A stretch of DNA of 64,000 nt from Pseudomonadota bacterium (GCA_039196665.1 JBCCUQ010000008.1:1996-65995), one strand, 5' to 3'. Shown: positions 30,066-40,923, numbered from the stretch's first letter. The notes: generated by a model not told the origin, from the sequence alone. Program-made: numbers and translations.

Positions 30066-30473
30066 ATGAGCAATTCATTGCGCGCGGGCGCCGCATATTT
30101 TGCGCTGATTTTCGCATTGGGTTTTGTTCTCGGAACCATCCGTGTGCTGGTTTTATTACCGCGCGTTGGCGAGACAAACGCGGTATTGCTGGAGGGACCG
30201 TTGATCCTGACGGCGTCCTGGTTCACGTGCAGTTTTCTCATTACGAGATATCGCGTAGCCCCTGTATTCTCCAAACGACTGCTGATGGGCGCATCCGCAC
30301 TCATCCTTCTGCTTCTCGCTGAATTCGTCCTCGGTGTTTATGGCTTCAGCCGAAGCGTTGGTGAACATTTCGCACATTATGCGACAATGCCGGGCGCTCT
30401 TGGCCTTGCTGGACAGATCGTGTTTGGACTCTTTCCGATTATGCAGCTGCTGGTCGGGCGTCGAAATGGCTAG
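30066..30473 (+). CDS. small integral membrane protein
   Basis: Four hydrophobic segments; GGCGAG before ATG 30066. Confidence 0.7.
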   Translation: MSNSLRAGAAYFALIFALGFVLGTIRVLVLLPRVGETNAVLLEGPLILTASWFTCSFLITRYRVAPVFSKRLLMGASALILLLLAEFVLGVYGFSRSVGEHFAHYATMPGALGLAGQIVFGLFPIMQLLVGRRNG

Positions 30474-30904
30474 TTAACGCCGTCCACGGTCATATGCCGC
30501 GCCCGCGCCGCGTGTTCGATCGCCTGTGCGCCATCATCGGGCACGCGCAGCGCGTTGCGGATCAACTCCAGCACCCGAATTTCCGTCATGTCGAGATTTT
30601 CATCCGCCGTGACGACATCCACCACGGCGGCATAGGCCGTCTCGACCAGATGCGTGGGCAGGGCGGCGGCGGCGGCTTCAAGCACCTTGTGCAGACCGCC
30701 ATCGGAGGACATCAGCTTCCCGCAATTTTCCGATGTGGAGACAAGGTCATTTTCATCACTTTCAGAAAACAGCGGGAAAGACCGGACCACGCGGCCAATG
30801 GTGCGCAGCTCCGCATCCTCGATCCGGCCATCGGAGGCCGAGGTCATAACCATCAGATAGATAACCGCTTCCTGCGGTGTGAGATTTTCGATACCTTCAG
30901 CCAT
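30470..30904 (-). CDS. TerB family tellurite-resistance-like protein
   Basis: SASDGRIEDAEL, ETAYA, ADE motifs. Confidence 0.82.
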   Translation of the reverse strand: MAEGIENLTPQEAVIYLMVMTSASDGRIEDAELRTIGRVVRSFPLFSESDENDLVSTSENCGKLMSSDGGLHKVLEAAAAALPTHLVETAYAAVVDVVTADENLDMTEIRVLELIRNALRVPDDGAQAIEHAARARHMTVDGVN

Positions 30905-31079
30905 GGAACGCCTGTTCTCCTTTCGAGAGTCGCCGCGAAGCTAGCGGGCCGCGCGGGCTGCGGCAACCGGTGTTTGGCTCTTCGATGTCGCAGCTCAGCC
31001 GCATCGGCACGAGCAGTGATTGACCGGATGGCAACGGAAGTCCTAAACCTCGGCGCTCTTAACCGACCGGGAAACGCCG

Positions 31080-32669
31080 ATGTCCGCTGTCCAGATGAAA
31101 CCTTTCTCCGCCGACGACGCGGCAAACGCCAAGTCATGGCCGTTTCAGGAGGCTCGCCGCCTGATCAAACGCATGGAGCGGGTTAAAAAAGACGGCCCGG
31201 TGATTTTTGAGACCGGCTACGGCCCGTCGGGCCTGCCTCATATCGGCACCTTCCAGGAAGTGGCGCGCACGACCATGGTGCGCCGCGCGTATGAGCTTCT
31301 GACTGGACGCGAGACCAAACTCATCTCCTTTTCCGATGACATGGATGGGCTGCGCAAAGTCCCGGACAACGTCCCCAATAAGGGGATGCTCGAACAATAT
31401 CTCCAGATGCCGCTGACGAAAGTGCCTGACCCGTTCAGCGATGAATATGAAAGTTTCGCACATCACAACAATGCGCGTTTGCGCACTTTTCTGGATCAGT
31501 TCGGGTTTGACTACGAATTCCGTTCGGCGACGGAGGAATATGCGTCCGGCAATTTCGACGCGATGCTGATGCGCATGCTCGAAAAATATGATGACGTCAT
31601 GAACGTCATCCTGCCGACAATCGGCGATGAACGTAAGCAGACCTACTCCCCCTTCCTGCCGATATCGCCGAGCACGGGCCGCGTGCTTTACGTGCCAATG
31701 CTCGAACGCGACCCCAAGGAAGGAACGGTCGTCTTTGAAGACGAGAATGGCGAGAAGGTCAAAACCACGGTCACTGGCGGCGCTGTCAAACTGCAATGGA
31801 AGGCCGACTGGGCCGGCCGCTGGTTTGCGCTTGGCGTCGATTATGAAATGGCGGGGGAAGACCTGACTGAATCCACAAAACTATCGTCACGCATCGTACG
31901 CGCGCTCGGCGGCGAGCCGCCGGAAGGGTTTAACTATCAGCTTTTTCTGGATGAACACGGCAAGAAGATTTCAAAGTCGAAAGGCAATGGCATTTCCATT
32001 GATGAGTGGCTGACCTACGCCTCACCGGAGAGCTTAGCGCTTTATGTTTTCCAGGCGCCAAAGAAAGCAAAGAAGCTCTATTTCGACGTGATCCCCAAAA
32101 CCGTCGATGAATACTGGACCTTTGTCGAAAAGTACCGTGACCAGGACGGCGCCAAGGCGCTCGACAACCCTGCCTGGCATATCCACGAGGGCAACCCCCC
32201 CGCGGACACGCCGCCGGTCAGCTTTGCGATTATCCTGAACCTCGTCAGCGCGTCCGGCTCTGCGGATGCGGAGGTCTTGCGCGGCTTCATCCGAAAGTAC
32301 CGTCCTGATGCAAGCGAGGCGGAAATCAATGCGGCCGACGCCATGATCAGTTTCGCCGGGCGGTATTTCGATGACTTCATCAAACCGAGCAAAAAATTCC
32401 GGGCGCCAACGGACCGCGAGCGCGCTGCGCTTGAAATGCTGGCTGCGCAGTTGCGCAACCTTGGCGATGACAAAACGGAAGATGACTACCAGACGGCGGT
32501 TTTCGATGCGGGCAAGGCGCAAGACTACGAAAACATTCGCGAATGGTTCACTGGCCTTTACGAGGTTGTCTTCGGCCAGTCCGAAGGTCCGCGCATGGGC
32601 GCCTTCACCAAGATATTCGGCGCTGACGCGATGGCGAAACTGATCGACGCTGGGCTGGCGCGCAGTTAG
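31080..32669 (+). CDS. lysS: lysine--tRNA ligase, class I
   Basis: ETGYGPSGLPHIGT, KLQWKADW, KISKSKGN. Confidence 0.96.
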   Translation: MSAVQMKPFSADDAANAKSWPFQEARRLIKRMERVKKDGPVIFETGYGPSGLPHIGTFQEVARTTMVRRAYELLTGRETKLISFSDDMDGLRKVPDNVPNKGMLEQYLQMPLTKVPDPFSDEYESFAHHNNARLRTFLDQFGFDYEFRSATEEYASGNFDAMLMRMLEKYDDVMNVILPTIGDERKQTYSPFLPISPSTGRVLYVPMLERDPKEGTVVFEDENGEKVKTTVTGGAVKLQWKADWAGRWFALGVDYEMAGEDLTESTKLSSRIVRALGGEPPEGFNYQLFLDEHGKKISKSKGNGISIDEWLTYASPESLALYVFQAPKKAKKLYFDVIPKTVDEYWTFVEKYRDQDGAKALDNPAWHIHEGNPPADTPPVSFAIILNLVSASGSADAEVLRGFIRKYRPDASEAEINAADAMISFAGRYFDDFIKPSKKFRAPTDRERAALEMLAAQLRNLGDDKTEDDYQTAVFDAGKAQDYENIREWFTGLYEVVFGQSEGPRMGAFTKIFGADAMAKLIDAGLARS

Positions 32670-32678
32670 GCTGCGGCC

Positions 32679-33314
32679 ATGTGCTTTTCAGCATCGGCAA
32701 GCTTTGGGGCCGCCGCCTTGCTCGGCGCCGTCGGCGTTGCGACCCTTGCACAAAAGCCCGAGCGCAAACGTCTCGCATTTGCATTGATACCGCTAATATT
32801 CGCAATCCACCAGCTGATTGAAGGATTTGTGTGGCTTTCGATTATGGGCGGCGCGCCGCCCAATTCTCTTGTCGTCGCTTATCTCCTGTTAGCGCAGGTC
32901 TTTTGGCCAACCTATACGCCGCTAAGCATTCTGCTACTGGAAGATGACACGCGGCGGCGGCTCGCGCTTTGGCTGTTGTTGGCGGCTGGTCTTGTTGTAT
33001 CAGCGGCGCTCGCGACCATTCTCTTCACGAATGAATATACGGTGCACATCGTGCGAAACAGCTTACGATATGCCACCGATCACCAATTCGAGGACAGGCT
33101 GGTCGGGTTGTACCTTGTCGCCGTGGCTACGCCGCTTTTGATCTCCCGCTATCGCTACATCATGGCTTTTGGCGGGGTCATTCTTGCAGGTTCGGTCATA
33201 ACACAGCTCGTGTTCCACTACGCGGCGGCGTCGGTCTGGTGTTTCTTCGCCGCACTCGCGAGCCTTTTCGTTTTCCTTCATGTGCGGCGGCGAAAACGAT
33301 TGCGCGAAGCTTAA
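32679..33314 (+). CDS. DUF6629-like membrane protein
   Basis: MCFSASAS start, HQLIEG, SVWCFFAA. Confidence 0.75.
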   Translation: MCFSASASFGAAALLGAVGVATLAQKPERKRLAFALIPLIFAIHQLIEGFVWLSIMGGAPPNSLVVAYLLLAQVFWPTYTPLSILLLEDDTRRRLALWLLLAAGLVVSAALATILFTNEYTVHIVRNSLRYATDHQFEDRLVGLYLVAVATPLLISRYRYIMAFGGVILAGSVITQLVFHYAAASVWCFFAALASLFVFLHVRRRKRLREA

Positions 33315-33868
33315 TCTATCCCGATGGCCTTTCCAAAGTCCGAGTAACGTCGCGTCTTTCGCGCCTCAAACTCTTCCTCACTCAAGGGGTTGAGCGCATA
33401 ATCGAACGTCACGCCCGTTCCTTCGATGATCCGGTTCATATAGTTGAAGAGCGCGGCAACCTGAATGGCGTCGAATAATGCGCGTTCTGACCACCCGGCG
33501 TCATAGACGGCTTGCGCGTCAGCGGAGGTCAGTTTCGGCGGCAGGTCTTTTAGTTTTGCGACATATTTCAACAACGGCTTCAGCTTTTTATCGACAGACG
33601 CCTTATCCACATCAGCAACCAGCGCATCAATTACAGCCTCATCGACCCCGAAAGCGCGCGCATAAATCTTGTGGGCGCCAAAGCAAAAGTTGCAGGCGTT
33701 CAAGCCGGACACAAAGGCTGCGATCAATTCACGTTCAGCAACGCTCAACGGGCTTTCACCCCGCAACAGTGCGTCATGATAATCAAGTAGCGGCTTCACG
33801 CATTCAGGGAACGCCTTGTAAACCTCGGCGAGATGGGGGTTTTCTGGCAGGCTCGGAAAGAGGGACAT
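33311..33868 (-). CDS. AhpD/carboxymuconolactone decarboxylase-like peroxidase-related protein
   Basis: ERELIAAFVSGLNACNFCFGAH (CxxCxxxH). Confidence 0.9.
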   Translation of the reverse strand: MSLFPSLPENPHLAEVYKAFPECVKPLLDYHDALLRGESPLSVAERELIAAFVSGLNACNFCFGAHKIYARAFGVDEAVIDALVADVDKASVDKKLKPLLKYVAKLKDLPPKLTSADAQAVYDAGWSERALFDAIQVAALFNYMNRIIEGTGVTFDYALNPLSEEEFEARKTRRYSDFGKAIGID

Positions 33869-33905
33869 AAGCCGGAATCATCCAAACTGTTGAAGGAAAG
33901 CGCGG

Positions 33906-34259
33906 CTAGAGCCGCTCATCGCTGAGATAGCGCGCAACATCGATATAGTCGATGATCAGCGAGGTTAAATCTGTCACGAAAACAACGGCCAGCCACTTCC
34001 CGGAAAGGCCGGAGATATTCCATGCGCTGCGTCGGCTCCACAGATAAACCAGCAGCGGCGTCCAGAACACGACGTGAGCCAAGCCAAGAATCCGCTGATA
34101 GCCGAACTGGCCATAAAGAAACTCCATGAAGAGCCCCGCCGATATAATCGCGCCCAGGATCCACCTCGCTTCCGTCCGCCTGATAAAAACGAGGCCGCCG
34201 ACGAAATTGACCAGCACCATCCAGCCAACCCAGGCTTGCAGCCATAAGGGTTGCGCCAT
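33906..34259 (-). CDS. small membrane protein
   Basis: Four hydrophobic segments; start uncertain. Confidence 0.7.
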   Translation of the reverse strand: MAQPLWLQAWVGWMVLVNFVGGLVFIRRTEARWILGAIISAGLFMEFLYGQFGYQRILGLAHVVFWTPLLVYLWSRRSAWNISGLSGKWLAVVFVTDLTSLIIDYIDVARYLSDERL

Positions 34260-34955
34260 GATCGCCGCAGCAAGCGTTTCAGGACCAGTGTTTATTGCAG
34301 CGGCAGGTTCCAGATTTCTTGCTCTTTAGTCGTTGGCGTTATCGTTCAATAAACAAAGCTTGTTTTTTCGTGAACAGGTTTAGCAGTCGACTTGCGTGAC
34401 CGCCAGAAGTGATTCTCTACGCAACGCGCCGCATTCGCAAAAATCTGTAGCATAAAATTTCAATCACAAGCTTGCGACAATAAAGTGTAACGCAGTGCAG
34501 ATTCCAAATTGCGCATGATTGTCAGCGCGTTAATGAATTGTGGCGCGAATTGGGCCGGGTTCTGATTAATTTCTTAGGTCGCATCGGCGCCGCAATTATG
34601 ATACAAAATATCATCAACGATAAAAGACGAAACGAAATATTAGGGGCCCAGGATTAACCTTGATTTCGCGCGCTGCGTTTGGGCGCGGGGGCGGGTTTAT
34701 GCGGTGCGAGGCCGCAAAAGTGACTGGGTGTTATGGCGGGTGGCGAATGGGTGACGAGGACCGACAGGTCTGAACAACATTGCGAGCAGCGACATGACGC
34801 AGCGACCGAACACAACAGCAAACCTGGCCAGCGACGCCTGGCCTTGCTTCGGCGCGCATCACGCCTACATCAAGGATACAATTGAAATTAGTAGACCAAG
34901 AGTTGCGGCAATGACTGAATTCGCCAAGCGCGGCGACATCTATATCATTAAACCG

Positions 34956-34990
34956 AAAGGCGCTGGGTCTGCACGATCGGCGCTTTTTTT
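34956..34990 (+). terminator. intrinsic terminator-like hairpin in the prkA leader
   Basis: AAAGGCGCTGGGTC-tgcac-GATCGGCGCTTTTTTT: 13-bp stem (one bulge, G-U pairs) plus T7, 57 nt before the prkA ATG. Confidence 0.55.
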
Positions 34991-35047
34991 GTCTTCAATC
35001 GGCGGCGGCAAGACCATTTCTGGCAGCGTAAAAGGTGAGCGTGGATC

Positions 35048-36997
35048 ATGACTGAACAACAACTCGATGTATTTGACGCATTCTCGGAAAGTTACACCCG
35101 GGTGAAGCAGGAATCGATGAGCCTGCGCGATTATCTGCTCGCAGCGCGCGATGATCCGATGCTCTACGCCTCCCCCGCTGAACGGATGGTGCAGGCGATC
35201 GGCGAACCGGAAATGATCGACACATCGAAAGATCCGCGCCTATCGCGTATCTTCTTCAACCGTACGATCCGCCGCTATAAAGCTTTTGACGGCTTTTTCG
35301 GGATGGAAGACACGATCGAACGGATCGTCTCATTCTTCCGTCATGCGGGCCAGGGCCTCGAGGAAAAACGCCAGATCCTTTATCTCCTCGGTCCTGTCGG
35401 CGGCGGCAAATCCTCGCTTGCCGAACGCTTGAAAGATTTGATGGAAACCTATCCCATCTATGTCCTGAAAGCCGGCAATGAAATTTCACCTGTGTTTGAA
35501 AGCCCTCTCGGCCTTTTCCAGGCGCCGCAACTGAAAGCGCTGCTCAACGAAAAATACAATATCGAAGAGCGCCGCCTCAACGGCTTGATGAGCCCTTGGG
35601 CGGTCAAGCGGCTCGACGAGTTCGGCGGCGACATTTCGAAATTCGAAGTGGTGCGCATGTTCCCGTCGAAATTGCGCCAGATCGCCGTTTCAAAAACCGA
35701 GCCCGGAGATGAGAATAATCAGGATATCTCCGCGCTGGTCGGTAAGGTCGACATTCGCAAGCTGGAGCATTTCAGCCAGGATGATACCGACGCCTATTCC
35801 TATTCCGGCGGGCTGTGCAGGGCCAATCAAGGCCTTCTGGAATTTGTCGAAATGTTCAAGGCGCCGATCAAGGTGCTGCACCCGCTGCTGACAGCGACGC
35901 AGGAAAGCAACTATGTCGGCACGGAAGCCCTCGGACCGATCCCGTTTCAGGGCATTATCCTTGCGCACTCCAATGAAAGCGAATGGCAGCAGTTCCGTCA
36001 CAACAAGAACAATGAAGCGTTCCTCGACCGCATCAATGTGATCAAGGTCCCTTACTCCTTGCGCGTGACCGAAGAGCGCCAGATCTACGAAAAGCTGCTC
36101 GCCGGATCTGAACTCTCCGATGCGCCATGCGCGCCGGAAACCCTCGACCTGCTGGCGCGCTTTTCGGTGCTGACGCGCCTGAAAGAGCACGAAAACTCCA
36201 ACATCTATTCCAAGCTGCGCGTCTATGACGGCGATAAGCTGAAAGACACCGATCCGAAAGCAAAATCTCATCAAGAATATCGCGATGCGGCTGGGATGGA
36301 TGAGGGCATGGACGGCATTTCCACGCGCTTCGCCTACAAGGTTTTGTCGGAGACATTCAACTTTGACACCGACGAAGTCGCGGCCGATCCGGTGCACCTG
36401 ATGTATGTGCTCGAGAACGCTATCAAGCGCGAGCAACATGCAGATGAGACCGAGAAGCAGTATCTCGATTATATCAAGTCCGAGCTTTCTCAGCGCTACG
36501 CCGACTTTATCGGCAAGGAAATTCAAAAAGCCTATCTCGAAAGCTATTCTGAGTACGGTCAAAATCTCTTTGATCGCTACATCTCCTATGCGGACGCATG
36601 GATCGAAGATCAGGACTTCAAAGACCCTGACACGGGTCAGCTGCTGGACCGCGCAACGCTTGATGCTGAGCTTTCGAAAATCGAAAAGCCTGCGGGCATC
36701 GCTAACCCGAAAGACTTCCGCAATGAGGTCGTGAAGTTCGCATTACGCGCACGCGCCAATAATGACGGAAATAATCCACGCTGGACCTCTTATGAGAAAC
36801 TTCGCAATGTCATCGAAAAGCGCATGTTCTCTCAAGTTGAGGACCTGCTGCCAGTGATTTCATTCGATTCCAAGAAAGACTCGGAGACAGAAGCCAAGCA
36901 CGACAACTTCGTCGCCCGGATGACCGAGCGCGGATACACGCCGCGTCAGGTCCGTCGTCTGGTCGAATGGTATATGCGCGTTAACAAGGCGGGGTGA
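35048..36997 (+). CDS. prkA: PrkA/YeaG family serine kinase/AAA+ ATPase
   Basis: GPVGGGKSS Walker A, EFVEMFKAP, AFLDRI. Confidence 0.96.
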   Translation: MTEQQLDVFDAFSESYTRVKQESMSLRDYLLAARDDPMLYASPAERMVQAIGEPEMIDTSKDPRLSRIFFNRTIRRYKAFDGFFGMEDTIERIVSFFRHAGQGLEEKRQILYLLGPVGGGKSSLAERLKDLMETYPIYVLKAGNEISPVFESPLGLFQAPQLKALLNEKYNIEERRLNGLMSPWAVKRLDEFGGDISKFEVVRMFPSKLRQIAVSKTEPGDENNQDISALVGKVDIRKLEHFSQDDTDAYSYSGGLCRANQGLLEFVEMFKAPIKVLHPLLTATQESNYVGTEALGPIPFQGIILAHSNESEWQQFRHNKNNEAFLDRINVIKVPYSLRVTEERQIYEKLLAGSELSDAPCAPETLDLLARFSVLTRLKEHENSNIYSKLRVYDGDKLKDTDPKAKSHQEYRDAAGMDEGMDGISTRFAYKVLSETFNFDTDEVAADPVHLMYVLENAIKREQHADETEKQYLDYIKSELSQRYADFIGKEIQKAYLESYSEYGQNLFDRYISYADAWIEDQDFKDPDTGQLLDRATLDAELSKIEKPAGIANPKDFRNEVVKFALRARANNDGNNPRWTSYEKLRNVIEKRMFSQVEDLLPVISFDSKKDSETEAKHDNFVARMTERGYTPRQVRRLVEWYMRVNKAG

Positions 36998-37079
36998 TGG
37001 GTGCATCAGCCTGCATCCTGAAGTGGCGCGCAGAAGGCGCGTCACTTTCACGGGTTACCAATTGGCTTAGAAAGCAAAC

Positions 37080-38402
37080 ATGACCTCTTTTCACTTCATC
37101 GACCGGCGCAAGAATCCCAAAGGCAAATCTCTTGGCAATCGTCAGCGTTTCCTGAAACGCGCCAAGGCGCAGATCAAGGACGCCGTGAATAAATCCCTGC
37201 GCGATCGCTCCCTGAAGGAAATCGACAAGGGCGAAAAGATCACGATCCCGTCGAAGTCCACGGCCGAGCCGAAGTTCCATCTCGATCCCGATAGCGGCGA
37301 GCGAGAAGTCGTGCACCCCGGCAACAAGGAATTTGCGCGCGGTGACAAAGTCAAAAAACCGCCCAAGGGCGGCGGCAAAGGCAAGGGTAAAGAGGCGAGC
37401 GATAGCGGCGACGGAGAAGACAGTTTTCAGTTCACCCTGACCCAGGAAGAATTCCTCGACATCTTCTTTGAAGATCTGGAGCTGCCCAACCTGGTCAAAC
37501 GCTCCCTGAAAGAAATCAAAGCGACCGCTTATAAGCGCGCCGGTATTACCGTCGCCGGCTCGCCCACCAATCTCAATCTCGTTCGCACCATGCGTAACGC
37601 ACATGGCCGGCGCCTCGCTTTGCGCCGTCCATCGACGAAAGAGATGAATGAGTTGAAGGAGCGCCTGTTCCAACTGGAGCGCATTGCGCAACCGAACGAA
37701 AACGAGATTGCCGAAAAGAAAGCCACGATCGTCAAGCTGGAAGAGATGGAGGCGCGCCGACGCTGGGCGCCGTTCATAGACCCGCTCGATGTGCGCTATA
37801 ACGCCTTTGAACCAACGCCGGTGGAAACAACCGCCGCGGTGATGTTCTGCCTGATGGATGTTTCGGGCTCCATGGGCGAGCGCGAGAAAGACCTCGCCAA
37901 GCGTTTTTACATGCTGCTCTACCTGTTCCTGAAACGCCGCTATGAGCGCGTTGAAGTTGTCTTCATTCGTCACACCCATCATGCAGAAGAAGTCGACGAG
38001 GAAACGTTTTTTTATTCGCGCCAGTCCGGCGGCACGGTCGTCTCCACGGCGCTGGAAAAAATGCTGGAAGTGCAGAAAGACCGCTTCCCGGCGGGCGAAT
38101 GGAATATTTATGTGGCGCAGGCCTCCGACGGTTTTACCCAGTCCGGCGATGCAAAGCGTTGCGTTGAGATGCTGAATGACGATGTGATGCCGATTTCTCA
38201 GTATTACGCCTATATTGAAATTCTTGACGAACGCGAGTTGGAAGTTTTTTCCGATGCGGATAGCGGCGCCGAGCTGTGGCGCGCTTACCGTACCTTCGCG
38301 CCCGCCTGGGCGAATTTCGCGCAAACCCGCATAGCCAGGCCCCAGGATATCTTCCCGGTTTTCCGCGAACTCTTCGCTAAAGACAAGCGGGAGGCGGCGT
38401 GA
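37080..38402 (+). CDS. yeaH: YeaH/YhbH (DUF444) vWA protein
   Basis: FIDRRKNPKGKSLGNRQRF, MDVSGSM, QASDG. Confidence 0.93.
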   Translation: MTSFHFIDRRKNPKGKSLGNRQRFLKRAKAQIKDAVNKSLRDRSLKEIDKGEKITIPSKSTAEPKFHLDPDSGEREVVHPGNKEFARGDKVKKPPKGGGKGKGKEASDSGDGEDSFQFTLTQEEFLDIFFEDLELPNLVKRSLKEIKATAYKRAGITVAGSPTNLNLVRTMRNAHGRRLALRRPSTKEMNELKERLFQLERIAQPNENEIAEKKATIVKLEEMEARRRWAPFIDPLDVRYNAFEPTPVETTAAVMFCLMDVSGSMGEREKDLAKRFYMLLYLFLKRRYERVEVVFIRHTHHAEEVDEETFFYSRQSGGTVVSTALEKMLEVQKDRFPAGEWNIYVAQASDGFTQSGDAKRCVEMLNDDVMPISQYYAYIEILDERELEVFSDADSGAELWRAYRTFAPAWANFAQTRIARPQDIFPVFRELFAKDKREAA

Positions 38403-39895
38403 TGACTAGAGTATTGGAAAAACCTTCCCTCCTCTTCGATGGCGCCGACTGGGATTTTGAAACCCTGAATAATACCCTCAATGCGATTGAAGACATCGCG
38501 CTGAACGATCTCGGCCTCAACATCTACCCTAACCAGATTGAGATCATCTCATCGGAACAGATGCTCGACGCCTATTCCAGTCACGGTATGCCGCTGATGT
38601 ACAAGCACTGGTCATTCGGCAAGCATTTCGCCCGCGATCAAATGATGTACCAGAAAGGCTATTCCGGCCTTGCCTATGAGATCGTCATCAACGCCGATCC
38701 GTGCATCGCGTATCTTATGGAAGAAAATTCCATGACCATGCAGACGCTGGTGATGGCGCACGCCTGTTTCGGGCATAATCACTTCTTCAAAAACAATTAT
38801 CTCTTTCGTCAGTGGACGGACGCCGAAGGCATCCTCCCCTATCTCGATTTTGCAAAAAAATATATCGCCAAGTGCGAAGACGAGTTTGGCTTTGAAGAAG
38901 TGGAATCGATTCTCGACGCCGCGCATGCGGTGATGGATCAAGGCGTTTTTCGCTATAATCGCCCGCCGCGCCTCTCAGACGCCGACCGCCTCGCCAAGCT
39001 TGCGGCGCGCGCGAAGCATGCAGAGACGACCTTCAACGATATCTGGCGCACGCTGCCCAACACCGAAGAAGACGAAGAAGAAAAAGAAGAGCGCCAGGCT
39101 GAAGTCCGTCACATCAAACTGCCTGAAGAAAACCTTCTCTATTTCATCGAAAAAGCAAGCCCCGTCCTGCGCCCGTGGCAGCGTGAAATCGTGCGGATCG
39201 TGCGCAATGTCGCTCAATATTTCTACCCGCAGAAGCAAACGCAGGTCATGAATGAAGGCTGCGCCACCTTCGTCCACCATTACATCATGAACGAGCTTTT
39301 CAATCGCGGTCAGATCAGCGAAGGCGCGATCATGGAGTTCCTGCATTCGCATTCATCCGTGGTTTTCCAGCCGGATTTCAATGACCAGCGCTATTCGGGA
39401 TTCAATCCTTACGCGCTTGGTTTTGCGATGATGGAAGACATCAAACGCATCTGCGAAAATCCGAAGGACGAAGACCGCGAATGGTTCCCTGAAATCGCCG
39501 GCAATAATGAATGGCGTGACGCCCTGAAAGACGCCTGGGCGAATTTCCGCGATGAGAGTTTCATTCTGCAGTATCTTTCACCCACGGTGATCCGTAATTT
39601 CCGCATGTTTGCGATTTCCGATGTCGCAAAAGAATCCCATGTGGAGATTTCAGACATTCACGACAGTCGCGGTTTCAGACAGGTGCGCGAACGCCTCGCG
39701 AGATCATACGATCTTGGCATGCGCGAGCCTAATCTTCAGGTCGTTGCGGCCGACCTTGAGGGTGATCGGACATTGCATCTTCGTCACGAAATGCATAATA
39801 GCCGCAAGCTTGCTGACAAGACCAGGGAAGCGGTCCTTACCCATGTTGAAACCTTATGGGGCTATGAGGTCGCCCTGGACGAGGCAGATGCTTGA
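38402..39895 (+). CDS. spoVR: SpoVR family protein
   Basis: HACFGHNHFFKNN, QVMNEGCATF; TGATG overlap with yeaH. Confidence 0.94.
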   Translation: MTRVLEKPSLLFDGADWDFETLNNTLNAIEDIALNDLGLNIYPNQIEIISSEQMLDAYSSHGMPLMYKHWSFGKHFARDQMMYQKGYSGLAYEIVINADPCIAYLMEENSMTMQTLVMAHACFGHNHFFKNNYLFRQWTDAEGILPYLDFAKKYIAKCEDEFGFEEVESILDAAHAVMDQGVFRYNRPPRLSDADRLAKLAARAKHAETTFNDIWRTLPNTEEDEEEKEERQAEVRHIKLPEENLLYFIEKASPVLRPWQREIVRIVRNVAQYFYPQKQTQVMNEGCATFVHHYIMNELFNRGQISEGAIMEFLHSHSSVVFQPDFNDQRYSGFNPYALGFAMMEDIKRICENPKDEDREWFPEIAGNNEWRDALKDAWANFRDESFILQYLSPTVIRNFRMFAISDVAKESHVEISDIHDSRGFRQVRERLARSYDLGMREPNLQVVAADLEGDRTLHLRHEMHNSRKLADKTREAVLTHVETLWGYEVALDEADA

Positions 39896-40130
39896 ACGCT
39901 GATCCGGCTTCAATAGCCCGCTTGATGCTGCACCGCACGATTTACTCTTCAATGTTATTATGAAACATATGCTCCGTAGGGCGATGGTTTGTGCGGAAGA
40001 GGATAAAGCACCCGCGCATTTATAAACTTTCAAATAAGGATCGTCATGCCCAAACGGCGCAGCCTCGCTGCAACCGTCCTATTGTTGCGTATTCCATTAT
40101 CATTACCGGACCAGAGGGAGAACGAATAAA

Positions 40131-40892
40131 ATGCATTTATTCAAGAGACTGATATCGATCGGCGCAGCCGCGGCGTTCACGGTAACAACAGGCTTTGCGC
40201 AGGATGGGCCAAGCATGAGCATGGTCACTTTGCTGGAAGTGACGCCCGCAAAAGAGCAGCAATTCGACAGCGCCTGGATGACGATCAAGGAGATTGCTAC
40301 GGAAAACGATTATCCCTACACAGAATTTGTCGGCGGCATGCGCAATGAACGCTGGATTGCGACACCTATCAACAGCTACGCCGATGTCGATGCTGTTTTC
40401 GCAGCCAGAGAGGCGGTGACCGAAGCCGGCGGCAAGAAATATAAAAAGGCGATCGCGAGTTTTCAGGACGCATTGATGACGTCCCATACATTTTTTACCC
40501 AGCGTGACGCCGACCTTTCCTATTCGCCTGAAGGCTCAGAACCAGGCCCGTTCATGGAGATTGATAGTTTTCAATATCAATATGGCGCCGACGAGGAAAT
40601 GGAATCTATTCTCGCGGACTACAAAGCGTTGATGGAATCAAAACAAAGCCCTTACGCCTACGAGGTCAACTGGGACGGTCTTGGCGTTGAAGGAAACTCA
40701 ATCACCATTATCTCCTTCGCCGAAAACGCGGTCGCCATGGCGCAAGCCAACGCAGCAATCAATGAAATGCTCGAAGGCGATGAAGCCGCCGAAGCGTTGT
40801 TTGCAAGGTTTCTCGCCATCTCGGGAGGATCGGAGACGATGCATAGCGTTTTCAATCCTGAGGCGACAATAAACATGCCAAGCCCTGAATAA
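40131..40892 (+). CDS. exported acidic hypothetical protein, two similar domains
   Basis: Signal peptide ending GFA; RBS GAGGGAG; two halves of similar size and pattern. Confidence 0.7.
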   Translation: MHLFKRLISIGAAAAFTVTTGFAQDGPSMSMVTLLEVTPAKEQQFDSAWMTIKEIATENDYPYTEFVGGMRNERWIATPINSYADVDAVFAAREAVTEAGGKKYKKAIASFQDALMTSHTFFTQRDADLSYSPEGSEPGPFMEIDSFQYQYGADEEMESILADYKALMESKQSPYAYEVNWDGLGVEGNSITIISFAENAVAMAQANAAINEMLEGDEAAEALFARFLAISGGSETMHSVFNPEATINMPSPE

Positions 40893-40923
40893 CGGCCCGC
40901 ATCAAAACAAGACGGAGGACTGG

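Noticed and set aside
34260-34313. In-frame upstream extension of the 33906-34259 gene to a CTG codon
   Set aside because: The frame is open, but there is no clear RBS and no homolog evidence to choose a non-canonical start.
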